From: Asterias rubens
Taxonomy: Eukaryota
Assembly (NCBI RefSeq): GCF_902459465.1
Contig: NC_047082.1
Coordinates: forward strand, 10,292,001 to 10,356,000
Direction of reading: 5' to 3'
Length of the DNA: 64,000 bases
The notes below the pieces were generated by a model. That model ran no database searches. It worked only from the letters and a program-made list of their open reading frames with translations, and was not told the DNA's origin. The position numbers and the translations under genes are program-made. Of this stretch, positions 12,058 to 24,394 are shown one piece after another; positions within the stretch are counted from its first letter, which is position 1, and every line of letters begins with the position of its first letter.

Positions 12058-13384
12058 CGATCCCATACAGGCTTGATACCTCACATTGCATTGGGTGCCC
12101 CCCCCCCCCCCCCCCCGGTCATTGCCTTGGTGCCCCTTGACAGTTTTCATGTTTAAAAACTGTTTCAATAAAAGTCTTTCACAATGCTACTTTATAGTGT
12201 TACATTAGACATGACATAGAGAACCTGAAATGTTTTTAGTGAAAATAAAATTTATGAGGTATAGAATGTAATTCCAGTGAGAGGTGGGGATTATTTTGTA
12301 TCAGTTGTGTGGCAACCCTCAGCTCCAAATCCGAGCCCCACCCAATATCAGGAGAAACCGCCCTCAAGAAAATGTTGCATAACAAGATTATTTGCAAGTG
12401 AAAATTTTAATAATAAAAAAACAGTTAGCTGTAATGTTCAAAGAGCTCCATTTTAAAGGCACTGGACACTAGAGGTAGAATAAAAACTTACTTGGTAACG
12501 AGCAGAGCTGTTGTTACACACAGTGAGGTGTCAAGTGGAAACAACTTATCTATACAATTAAAAACATGAACTGCTTTTATACACTGCCCTGCTTCAAAAC
12601 ATTGTAAAATCTGCCCCCGACTTTGCATTTAGATAATTTTTTATGGCAAATGTGTGAGAGGTAAACCTTTGCAAGAATGTCCCATGGCAACATGTCCTTT
12701 TAGGACCTAAATGTAATACTTGGTTGTGTTGAATATGCTGTTTGTTTATGTTTATGTACAAGTCTCACAGAGTTTGAATAAAACACGTTTGTTTTTAAAA
12801 CCAGAAATGAAATTTTCACAGAACTAGCAACTTCTTGAATTTATATAACCCGTCTCTTCATTGGTTTATTTTTAGGTGTGTTCACTGCTGATCACATTGC
12901 CTCTGTCTTACTCTTTCATGATGTAATGGATTCAATCAGACCAATTATTACTGTATAATCATCACCATACACCCAGACTTGGTTTTGTTGTTGATCTTTT
13001 GAAACGCCTTGTTTTTATAAGCGCGTCTAAAAAATATCATGTTAAGCAGAAATGTTGTTTTTCAGAATCATAGATGCCAAGTTATAATATGGGAAAATAT
13101 CAATTCAGATCATGAAGTAGAAATAGTTCAAATCTTTCTAGGCATTTTGGTACTACCGGTTTGTGGCTTCTATGGTCTGTACAAGATTAAAGTTTTCAAC
13201 ACTAGTATTAGGGCAATAGTCTCTCATCACTTTCTAGTGAGTGAGGCACAGTCCAATAACCATTATTTCCTTTCTTTTCTCATGATTTTTATAGTAGGAT
13301 GGTCTGTTGAAATGAGCACTTAGCTATCCCAAAGGGATATTATGCTGCTTGTTTTTCATGGGGAACTCCTTAAAAAAGAGTGAT

Positions 13385-13618
13385 AGAGTTATAAGAACTA
13401 GAGGGCGCACTGGTGGTGATGCTTACACAAACGCGAAGTAGACACGCGCGCCATTCTGTACGCGCGTTGAATATGAAGTACACATTGGAGTGTGTTTATT
13501 GAACGCTCTACGCGATGCTGTTTTGTCGGCTTAGAAAATGGCTGCATATGCGCATGCCGGGCTGTGTATATATAGGCCAGTACACCCTCAAGTTCTTATA
13601 CACTACATATCTAACTCT
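13385..13618. mobile_element. AT-flanked MITE (ISL2EU-like)
   Basis: AT|AGAGTTATAAGAACTAGAGGG...CCCTCAAGTTCTTATA...TAACTCT|AT. Confidence 0.6.
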
Positions 13619-13889
13619 ATGGTAAAAGTACTATACTTTTAGGGTCAGAGTTCATTTTCATGTACTTGTTTTATAGGACTGATATTTCTCTCGTTCGATC
13701 TGTTTTTGTGTTAAAATTAAAATCTGCCAGAGCAGTCCTAAAGCTCATTCTGCTGTGTTGCCATCCTCTTATAACATTTCTGTTATAAGTCGTACAGTAT
13801 CCAAACTATGCCATGTCCAGAAAAGGCGATAAACGTACATGTAACTTAAAATAACAGAAAATGACACATTCTTTGGAATTTATATTTAA

Positions 13890-13895
13890 TTTATT
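13890..13895 (-). terminator. Candidate RRM2 polyadenylation signal
   Basis: AATAAA on the minus strand, about 1.66 kb after the stop codon in AT-rich sequence. It is one of several candidates. Confidence 0.3.
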
Positions 13896-14138
13896 TATAG
13901 GGGCAGATTGCCAATTGTCTATTTACACTGTGAACAGAAAGTAAAAATTGAACATCCCTCCTAAAAAAATGGAAGTATTTGTCCATGCTTTACAAAATAC
14001 ATTATACAGCTTTTACCAATGACCAGTCGTTTGGAAATGTAAAAATTGCGCGACTAAAAAATATTTTGCAATGAGGTCATTCGAAAGTTGAAAAACATTC
14101 AAGGAATGTACGGTGTTCACTGCACTATATGTTTTTAA

Positions 14139-14417
14139 AGGAACACGTTGCCTTGGATCGGACGAGTTGGTCTTTGAACAGCGTTTGAGACCGTTTGTTA
14201 TGAAATGTATATGGTTAGAAAGATGTTTTCAAAGTAGAATATAATGATCCACACAAGTATCACAAGTAAAATGAAAACCAGGCAATTTCGAGGCATATTT
14301 GTGTAGATCATTGTATTCTACTTTTACAACATCTTTCTAACCATACCGATTTTATAAGAAACGGTTACAGAACGCTTTTCAAAGACCAACTCGACCGATC
14401 CAAGGCAACGTTTTCCT
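14139..14417. mobile_element. Hairpin-shaped TTAA-flanked MITE with roughly 120-bp imperfect TIRs
   Basis: AGGAACACGTTGCCTTGGATCGG...CCGATCCAAGGCAACGTTTTCCT, with TTAA at 14135-14138 and 14418-14421. Confidence 0.85.
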
Positions 14418-15551
14418 TTAAGCACACTCGACATAAGACCTTCAGGACTGTCTGGTCCCTGGAACAGTTTAACTGTCAAAAAAGATACTTGGGGACAATA
14501 ACTGTTTGGGATGTCTTTACTTTTCTTAAAAACTGATCACTCTTAAAAATTTCAGATCAAATCCTACGAGTTAAGCTATAATTTTCTTAAAACTTGAAAA
14601 AAAAAAAATCTACTTAAGTCAAGGCACATACGGCATTACCAGTACAGAGTACAAATAAAATTATAACTACACAATGTACAATAAATGTTCATAATTATAG
14701 AATAGAATAAAACATAGTACATGTACACAGCATTTTGGTCCCTTTTTGTTCAGTCTGTTTAAATTACCAGTGATAAAATTACTAAAGTGGAATTATTTGA
14801 CCAAATAGAAACAATCTCTGATTCCATGCGGAATGAAATTTTGTTCAGCCATGCAACCCCACAATGTAACGGAACAATCTGAAATAATTGAACCATCAAC
14901 TGGAAATCTATTAAGCTGAATTAAAAACTTGTTAGTCAAAATAAAAACTGGCAGTGAAAGCTGGTTATGTAATTACTGTTTAGGCAATTTAAAAGTCACA
15001 GGATAAATAATGACGGGGAAAAAAAACTTTTTAAATTACAGGTTAATATTACGGTAAAAGACAAGACAAGACGACGCTCGAATAATACTACTAAACTTTC
15101 AAATTCAAATAATAAATACACGTTAAAAAATTCTGTTGTGCTCAAATAAAAAATTTCCTTCGGTATCTTTAAGAAAATTGCAATTTTATCAAAGCTGCCC
15201 TGTATTGGTGAAAACTCAACCTACATTGGCCCATTTAAATCTTGCAATGTTCTACCTTATTGTGCAGAACTATGGCCAGTTTTGTTCCAAAAAAACCTGC
15301 CAATACCCTGGTGATAAAAATATAACGGGGGGGAAGGGGACAGTAAAAACTCTGATCGTCAACCTTTGGTTTTCCTGGAGAAGAATATCTTAAAACACGT
15401 GGTTAAAACTCAATTATAGCACCATGTTCGAGATAACCATTTTCGTCCATCTTCAGAAGCTTTTTCAATCCAATGTGCGAGCGTGGAGGATCGCACATAT
15501 AACTTTGAGCGTCGGCCATCCTTATAAAATTGTTCTAGATACTAGTGCCGT

Positions 15552-18500
15552 TTAGAAATCTGCGTCCAAAGTAAACATGGAGTCCTCTTTGGCGGCCATG
15601 ACACCCGACTTCTGGTACTCTCCGACTCTCTTCTCGAAGAAGTTCGTCTTGCCTTCTAGCGAGATGTTCTCCATGAAGTCAAAAGGATTCTCTACATTCC
15701 AGACCTAGGGGGAAAACAATAGAGAGAAATTTTTAAAAATTGATACTAATTATACACTGCATTCTCCTGAAGACCACCAGAGTATAGACGGTATTGAATA
15801 TGACAAGATGGCGTCTGTGCGTACTGCGTGCATGTGCCGTAGAAATCAAACCAGGAATGTTGCGTGCTTCGATGATGTTCACGTTTAGATGTGCATACGG
15901 CGTGCCCTAAAAGATGACGACTTTTCATAGCAATAAGGGGTTATTCAATACAGTCTATACTGTTGGAAATGTTGACTTGTTAACCACCAGTTCTTTGAAA
16001 AGCGTTTTTGGAAACTGGTTGGGACTAGTCTGAATGAATTTTGGATGTCAACATGTTCATTCATGTCTCCAATCGTAGAACTTGGTTAAACTGTCGGAAA
16101 TCGGGGGTGCCTTTGCCAATTGGACACCCTGTCTAATATGTCGTTTACATGACAATTTGAACACCCAGTTTTTAACTTTCCAACTCATTTAGACACCCTT
16201 TTACTAAGCTTTGATTGGTTGACAGGCTACCATGTGTGGAGACCTAATGTTTTTGGCTGGTGCCAAGCAAATTTTTGTCCAGCTAATTTATGTTCAGAAG
16301 TTACATTTTGAAGCACTTTGCAACTAAAGGATTTCTGATTAGAACTTGAGCCTCATGGTTCTTGGAAACTCACCTTGGTGCATTTCAGTTCAAGGAGTAG
16401 TCTGTCGGCAACAAACTCGATGTATTGCTTCATTAGTTTAGCGTTCATTCCGATGAGGGAGCACGGGAGGGCGTCCGTAAGGAACTCCTGCTCAATCTTG
16501 ACTGCCTCCGCGATGATCGACTTGATACGCTCCTCCGAGGGTTTGTGGACGAGATGGTTGAACATCAGACAAGCAAAGTCGCAGTGGAGACCCTGCGAAG
16601 TTTTGACAATGATACTTTTGTTAATAATGGAATTTTTGTATCAAGATGAAAACAGCGTCTTAGTTATGGACCAGACTCTTGGGGATTTTATTTAACAACT
16701 TGAGGCACTGAGTATTACGAGTGAGAGTTAAGGCTTCGTGAAGTCTCAAACCAGGATCTAAATCATGAAAATACAAGGGACGTATGTTGAAACGATGGCG
16801 TTTCCACCTTTTGGTAACCACACTCAGGTAAAGATTTCAAGCTTTTGGAATGGTATCCTTGACAGAACAAGACTTGTTTATCACCAGGAGAAAATAACAG
16901 CATTTCTTTTAAGAAGGCAAAAGGACTGAATTCAAATACAAGTCCAAAATGTCTCACTCCTGGGGTGTACAGTGCTTTTACGTGTCAGCAACACAAACAC
17001 CACCTTCGTTAGAGTAAAAATCTTGCTGACTCAGCAAGTGGAATGGCCAGCTCATTGTTTTCAAAACAACCAAGTGTTCAATTACGAGAGTCAAAACTTA
17101 TAACCATTTTGAAGCTCAACGAGTACACCTACCTCATCTCTGCTGATGAGCTCATTAGAGAACGTCAATCCAGGCATGAGACCCCTTTTCTTCAACCAGA
17201 ATATCGACGCAAACGACCCAGAGAAGAAGATGCCTTCCACAGCGGCGAAAGCCACGACTCTCTCGCCGTACGTGGTCGTGTCGGATCCGATCCAGTTCAA
17301 AGCCCAGTCGGCCTTCTGCTTGACACAGGGTAACGTCTCGATGGCATTGAAGAGGAATTCCCTGGTGGGAGGAAAAATCAAAAGGGAAAACTTCAAAAAA
17401 TTGTCTCGTTGAGTTCCATCTTGAAAGACATTTGAACTACTATTATTTCTTTCCTAAAAACCTTTGTAATTTGAAATTGGCATATTACTTGGCAATGCAA
17501 TAATAGTTTGGACAGATTTCTTAACTGTTGTTTACAGAAGTTTAACTTGCTGATAGGATAGACTCTTACCCTTGTGAAGAAATTTTTTTTGAAAAAAACA
17601 ACATGGAATTTAAAGAGGGATGTTTCACATAGACTTCAAGATTGTCCAACGGGTGTGCCCTTTGCAAAATTAAATTGGCCTTGCCCCCTCGAAGATTCCA
17701 GGCCTGAACATTCAAACTTTTTTTGGTCAAAGCTTGCGACTCTCCCACTTGCTTTTTTTTCACACCAACCTTTTTTCTGGGTCTTTGACGTATGTATCTA
17801 TGAGTAGACTGTACATCTCTGAGTGGATATTCTCGATGGCAATCTGAAAGCCATAGAAGCATCGAGCCTCCGGGATCTGTACTTCCTGACTGAACCTCTC
17901 GACCAGGTTCTCGTTGACGATGCCGTCGCTGGCCGCGAAGAAAGCCAAGACGTGGGAGATGAAGTGCTTCTCATCAGGCTTCAGCTTATCCTCCCAGTCT
18001 GGTTTATCCTTAGAGAGATCCACTTCCTCTACAGTCCAGAAGGAAGCTTCAGCTTTCTTGTACATAGCCCAAATGTCCTGATTCAAGGAAATAAATAAGG
18101 AATTAGTAGCCAATGAATAAGGAATTAGTAGCCAATAAATAAGGAATTAGTAGCCAATAAATAAGGAATTACAGTCGACTCCCGTTATTACGAGCTCGCA
18201 TGTTACGAGGTTCCGGTTGATACGAGGTTTTTTGCCGGTCCCGAACGGCCCCATGCGTGTTTCAATGCATTAAAATACTGATTATACGAGCACGGTAGTA
18301 GCGAGAACACGGTTATAACGAGGTAATTTGGGAGACCCATTACGAGCAAAACATTGTTTAAAACCCTTCTATAACGAGAACAATTCAAAAACCAACAAAG
18401 GAAATACCTGTACAGCTGGTAAAGTCAATATGTGGCTTTTAAGACATACAATAGAGGTGTTAAGTGGACGCTACCGCTAGCAACACTAATCCGAAATCGG

Positions 18501-21500
18501 GAGTCACGAGTCAGCAAGCAAGGTTGTTAATTCCAAACTCCGGACAATGGTGGTATTAGGAGGTTTGCATGGTTCAAACATTGGAGAAATCTTAAGAAAA
18601 GATACTGATCCACTGAGTTTATAAGCGCATTATAAATTTTCAGAAGAAAAAAAACACCCGCAACTTACAATCAAAACTAGTTGCGTGATCAATATTATTG
18701 AATGCAAAAGCAAGATTTTACCTGGTATCCCACATTGGCAATGAACCATCCAACATGACACAGTGTTTACCAATGAAAATCAAGATTCTATTTTTTGTTG
18801 CTGCGACGAGTGTATTGCACATGCACACACATGCACAGAACATCTTCCCTGGTATCTCGCGTTAGCAATGAACCTTCTATTATTACACTAGTGGATAATT
18901 ACCAATGAAAATCCAGCTTTTATTTTATTCACTGAAAATGTTCAGTGTGTGCAGTATGCATTGCAGCAGTAAGATTTCCCCTGGTGTCTCGCAGCAGCAA
19001 TGAACCATCCAGCGTTAAACAGGTGGTTACCAATGAAAACCAAGACTCTATTTATTGCATTGGCAATAAACTGCCTGCGACCAAAGTTTTGTAAGAGAAA
19101 CTTCCCAAAACATGAACGCAAGTTAAAATCTTACACTTTTTATCAATCTTGTAAAATGTAAATTGATTTTAAAATTGAATTTAAGACTAAACCAACTTAG
19201 TTAAAACAGTTTTATAATCCCCTCGTTGTGCTTGTTTGTGCAGTACATCGCACATAATGTACTACTCTATGCACACAGTAGTATAGTCAAGTGCAGCTCT
19301 GCCATGCATCTGTGTGTACACACGTGCGGCCATTATGTCTTGTATATGCAAGTACATGTACACGTGTTGTGTGCATGCACAATGATGACGTATGTATCTC
19401 GTTATAACGCCAACGGGAGTCGACTGTAGTAGCCAACTACTAGCACAATTGCCTAGATCCGACTCTGTTCATATCAATAAATCTCCTTGCAATTTACACA
19501 CACTTGCCCCTATGTTACGTATTTGTAACTCTGGATTTCCGCATGAGCAGGCAACCACCACTCTTACTCACATCAATACATGTGACATGGTATTTTGTCC
19601 TATAAATGTAGTGCTCCGGTTTTTTTTAGCAGTAAGCATAAATTTTAGCTAAGCAGCTCTTCGGACTTGGGTCCAAATGTTGATGAGATTTTATTCTTAC
19701 CTGGTACTGGATTGGGAAGATGACGAACCTATGAGGGTTATCTCGTAGGAGCGGCTCATCTTGTATAAGTTGCTGTTGTTCTTTCTGAAATCGCTGTAAA
19801 AAAACAAAAACAAGAGAACATGTTTTATTGTATTGCAAAAGTTTATGAATTTTGATGGAGAAAACATTTTAAAATTTAGTTAGATTTAACTCGAGCACAT
19901 TTTTGTTGCCATTTTGCAGTGATAAACCACACTTTTTTCTTGGGCAATTTAGTTTATCAGGTTTAAAATTTAATTTTGATTTGACTCACAATTTTTCTTT
20001 TTCTTGGATTTTGTCTCGTGTTCTGTTTTTTTTTTTACTTATTTTACTTATTTATTTATTCATTTTTTTTTTATGGCGGGGCGGTTAAAACTTACCTTTA
20101 CATCTTCCTTCATTTGTTCTTCTGGTGTTAATTCTTTCTTTGTTTCTACTTTCTTTGGTTTAGTTGTTGTGGGAATAATATTCTGTGGGGAAAAAACCAA
20201 TTATGAATTAATCATAAATCAATTTAAAACGATTTGAAGAATTCAAATTGGAAATCTTGGGGCGAAAATAAGAGCAAAATATTTGTGTTGCTTGATTTTG
20301 GCAAAGTGAAAGTGCCTCTTTAATCCGACGTCACTTGGCACATTGACATTTACTTCAATTTAAGATGCCACATTAGTATCATTAAATTATATGGTCTGTG
20401 TATGCAAAGTTTCATCAATTTCAGCAGGGGTTGTTTGATCATGGCACGAAAGAAAAGTGGCAATAAATCTGTGCACATTCTGAGATTTGAAATGAACTTT
20501 TAAATTAAAATAATGATCATGTCCATGACTCACTGCGGGGGAAAACACAGATCAAAATAAAGGCTTTTTTTAACTAAACAAGAGTTAGACTTAGTTTAGA
20601 GTGCCTTGCTTATTTGCTTGGGAATTTATGACAATAAAACAAAGAAAGAAAACCTTTCTGACTCAATCAACCTGCTGATCAAGCATAATGACTGGACAGT
20701 TTACATGATTTTTGCCTTTAGTTAGTTAGCATTATGTTATGTTTAGAAACTCGTATCGTAGTCATGCAATCTTCTTGGCAAGGGAAGGCAGGAAACCGAT
20801 TTGCAATTTACTACGCTTCATTGATTATAACCTGATAACAACATCTTGAACATCAGTCTTTGCGCCTGCTAGATAATCCTTCTGAATATTCATCTCTTTT
20901 GTCCGGGCGAAACCAGACAATACGCAATCGATCTCCCGCCATTGTCCACACAGCGCGCCAAGCCCAACGACTTTGTTAGGTAAACAACCGATCAGCTGTT
21001 ACACAAGCATTTAACGATGCCAACGGAAAAGTTACCTAACCCAAACTTCCCAAAGGAGGACGGTCAAAGAAATACTTTGAATTAGTTGTCGGTTGTCGTA
21101 CTCACCTTTTTTAGGTTTGTTGAGTCCCCAAGAGCTGGTCTCGATTTCAATCCATTTGGCGGCTGTAGAAACACGAAAAACAAGAAATATAAACATGATA
21201 AAGAGTTAATTGATGGTGAAATTGTCCGTCCAACATGTCCAAAAAGGTTTCTTCAAAATCGGGCATAAAAAGGCACAAGCAACACTCGGCAAATCTTGCC
21301 TGATTTTGCTTTTATACTCGCCACTTTAACTTTAAGTGTTCATACACAGTATTTATTTGAAGTGAGCTGAAAGGAACAAATGAGACCGACTGAAAGTCTC
21401 AAAAGTTTTGAAAACTTACCTGGTTTTCTTGGTCGTTGACTCTCAAGTTTTGTAAATTCTTTGCGAGGTTTTTAGTTGATTCCGGTGAGTGTGCAGACAA

Positions 21501-21503
21501 CAT
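15552..21503 (-). CDS. RRM2: Ribonucleoside-diphosphate reductase small subunit (R2), 8 exons, 409 aa
   Basis: Exons 21503-21420, 21162-21106, 20182-20096, 19793-19701, 18077-17770, 17361-17133, 16592-16374 and 15704-15552 total 1230 nt in phase. Di-iron and tyrosyl-radical motifs are intact: [44 protein letters not shown]. The C-terminus is FTLDADF*. Confidence 0.97.
18090..18171. repeat. 22-bp tandem repeat (3 full copies, 4th split by the pogo-like element)
   Basis: AATAAATAAGGAATTAGTAGCC at 18090, 18112 and 18134. Copy 4 resumes as TAGTAGCCAA at 19427. Confidence 0.9.
18172..19426. mobile_element. Non-autonomous pogo/Tigger-like (Tc1/mariner superfamily) element in RRM2 intron 4
   Basis: TA|CAGTCGACTCCCGTT...AACGGGAGTCGACTG|TA, i.e. 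a perfect 15-bp TIR with TA TSD. No transposase ORF. A degenerate roughly 128-bp triplication lies inside at about 18700-19070. Confidence 0.85.
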
Positions 21504-21649
21504 ATTGACGGATAAAATATTGACAGGCAAAAGAAAATGAACTAAACTGACACTTGTGCAAGATTTTTCTAAATGGGGGTTGTGTAAATGACACTAAAAC
21601 TAGTGAGGTTTTGGAGAAGTTACCGGGGCGGGAGCAGCAACAAGAATGA

Positions 21650-21820
21650 AATAATTTGGTGGGAAATTGCCGGTCCAAAATCGAGATTCGCGCCACACTA
21701 TTGTCAATCTATAGACCACACTCCTGCAGCCAACTGATTGGTCCACATATCATGCTTGGGGAAGAGACTTGTTGATTGGCTGCCCCTTAAAAGGGCTTGG
21801 GCTGATATATGCTCCAATTG
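21650..21820 (-). promoter_or_regulatory. Putative RRM2 promoter with CCAAT boxes and an E2F-like site
   Basis: ATTGG (CCAAT on minus) at 21737-21741 and 21775-21779, CCAAT at 21814-21818, and ATTCGCGCC near 21686-21694. Vertebrate R2 promoters are known to use NF-Y and E2F. Confidence 0.4.
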
Positions 21821-22178
21821 GGGGTGTACTTATAAAATTTGACACTGTATTATTCAATATAAAAACAAATCTCTAACATTAAATAAAATTGACAATTTAT
21901 TTATTTTCAAAATAGATCTAGACTCTTTAAATTACCTTTTTTACTACAATATGTGTCTTCGAATCAATGTTTTTTTATACAAAAATAGCAAACACCCCCG
22001 TATAAAGTTTGGCGGAGTCTTGAGTCACCCACATCAGCACACACACCATACCTTGCACCTTTGTTTGTGTACTGGGATGGCGCGGCCGGGCCGGGGTGGG
22101 GGGGGGGGGCACCAGCCAGCCACGTCGAGCTACGTATTATAAAAAACCATAAAAAACAAAGAGGAATGTCATAAACTA

Positions 22179-23300
22179 AACTGCGCCAATAAAGTATCTA
22201 AACACTTACAAATGGTCAGATTTATCGGAACCTGAAATAGTCTACAAAAAATTAATTGTTCGTTTCTATTCACCGTTAATTTCTGCACATTTTGACACAT
22301 CTTGTGTTGCGCTACGATGTTGTTTGGTGGATTTATGGACACTTGAGTGGCTTGAGGTCGAATTTCAAAAGTTGCAAAAGCCCCTATTCACCCCAATTCC
22401 AGAAGGGAACTCACATAAGCATCACACTCAGACAAAATCAAGACAAAAGACACAAACTCGTTTCGTTTATATGACCATGACATTAATTGCCGTATATTTA
22501 ACTTTAAAACTGCTGATATCCTGTCCCCCATTCTTGGTGTGTCCTCCATCACACTGTCCTGAACGCCAAGGAGTCGTCTTCACATACTCTCAATGAGACC
22601 TCTGATCTGTCCCTGGTCAATCCCCTGCCATTTACCGATCAGGATGCGTCGCAATCCCTCAAGAGTGGTGTCAGGCTTGGTGGACTTGTTCACTTTCTTC
22701 TGCTGCAGAAGTAACCACGGACGGCCACTCATTGGCAGGTCGTCCACATTTCCCTGAGCTTGGTAGCGATTCCACCATTTACTGACCGTCTCTGGTGACG
22801 TTGTTACCTGATGACCTGCAGCTTGCATCGACGTACCGGCTTCTATCAAACCAACGATCCGTCCTCTTTCCTGTTTGGTCATTTGAGCCATCTTATCTTG
22901 AAACACCTTTCCTTGCTTATCATTGTTGTATGCCTCCCATCTTTGACCCCTTTGCTTGGTTACTGACAACTATTGCTGATGTTCATCGCAAACGATTTAT
23001 CCAACACGCGACCAAAAAAAAAATCATTTTTAAAAGGCGGGCAAAAGAAACACTGATCTTACTCGTCACAATACAACGATTTAGCTTGAATAGGGGCTTT
23101 TGCAACTTTTGAAATTCGACCTTAAGCCACTCAAGTGCCCGTAAATCCACCAAACAACATCGTATAGCGCAACACAAGATGTGTCAAAATGTGCAGAAAT
23201 TAACGGTGACTCGAAATGAATAATTATTTTTTGGCATACTATTTCAGGTTCCGATATATCTGACCATTTGTAAGTGTTTAGATACTTTATTGGCGCAGTT
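22179..23300 (-). mobile_element. Internally deleted Tc1-like transposon with roughly 210-bp TIRs
   Basis: TIRs at 22179-22390 and 23087-23300 with TA flanks. The minus-strand ORF has a Tc1 HTH (MAQMTKQERGRIVGLIEAG...VSKWWNRY...SGRP) fused directly to the C-terminal LIESM*RRL segment, so the DDE core is missing. Confidence 0.9.
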
Positions 23301-24394
23301 TATTAATGTTTGCAATGTCGACATAAGCAGCTAGCAGCTACCAATATTATTACGTTGTTTAAATTATGACAAGAGTCGACTTCACTATGTCGACATTACT
23401 AGCTGCATGTGAAAAAGCTGGTAAAAAAATGAAAACAAACTACGTATGCGGTTTTAGATTATTTCATTAGAAACTCCCTGTAACCATTCTACCTCCATGC
23501 TGTAACAAGCCAAATATTACACTATGGACTTGAACCCCATGGTACGTGAATGACCAGAAATGGGATAGATGGATATATAGTGGTATTCACCATAGAGGAT
23601 TTCTCTATACGATTTAACACACCTCGATCCATCCCCAGCATCAAAATATGAAATAAGAGGATGTAAACTTTTTAATTTAACATTAAAAATCCATATTTCG
23701 CATTCACACAATTTTGAAATATTGAAGAAAAGAAATTTTAAGAATTAAGAAAAAATAAAAATAAAATAGCACACTTCATCATGAACATCCTTTCCTTTGT
23801 AGCTAGTAGTAAAACACCTAATTTATCCGTTTCTAAAAATTGAAGCAATTTGAAAAGCAAGTTTTTACCCAGCCATTTCCCCCCCCCCCTTTTTTTGTTT
23901 TACTTGTGTGTCCACAGACATAAATACCACAGTGGTCCTTTCTACTGCCCGTGGGCACCACACAGTGTACACGCGCATACAGAGTCTTGTCATCCAGCCG
24001 CAAAAAAAAAACAAATTGAGCATGTTTTTCAACAACTGCGGGCGCTTTGCCAATCAACTTTTTGTTGATATGGAAACAGTAAATTCATCCGCGTACAATT
24101 TAATACAATTTTAACCATATATAATCACACACAGACAAACAGACTGTTACCAAAATGTCACTTATCAAATTAGCAAAATAATTGCAAAATTGTAGATTTT
24201 AAACGATTCAACGACTACATAAACGACACAACCTTTGAAAAAATAGTTCCTCTGCGTAGCAACATTTGTATTGAACGAGTGTGGCTGGCAGTGCACAGGC
24301 ATTGTATTATTTGTAAACACGTTTGCGTTTAGTCTCTTGCGGACGGTGGAACATGTTCTGATTTTTCTATTTTATCAAATTCTTAATTGAAATT

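Noticed and set aside
16375-18098. Plus-strand ORFs 16375-16695, 17043-17333, 17146-17412, 17574-17807 and 17823-18098
   Set aside because: They are antisense shadows of RRM2 exons with no independent motifs.
18700-19070. Degenerate duplicated copies of the RRM2 exon ending ...TACCAG|GT
   Set aside because: The resemblance is limited to a few bases, and the triplication lies inside the pogo-like element, so it is better read as internal transposon repeats.
24281-24306. Apparent upstream copy of the STPG1 start (GTGGCTGGCAGTGCACAGGCATT)
   Set aside because: Only 19 of 26 bases match and the flanks do not align, so chance cannot be excluded.
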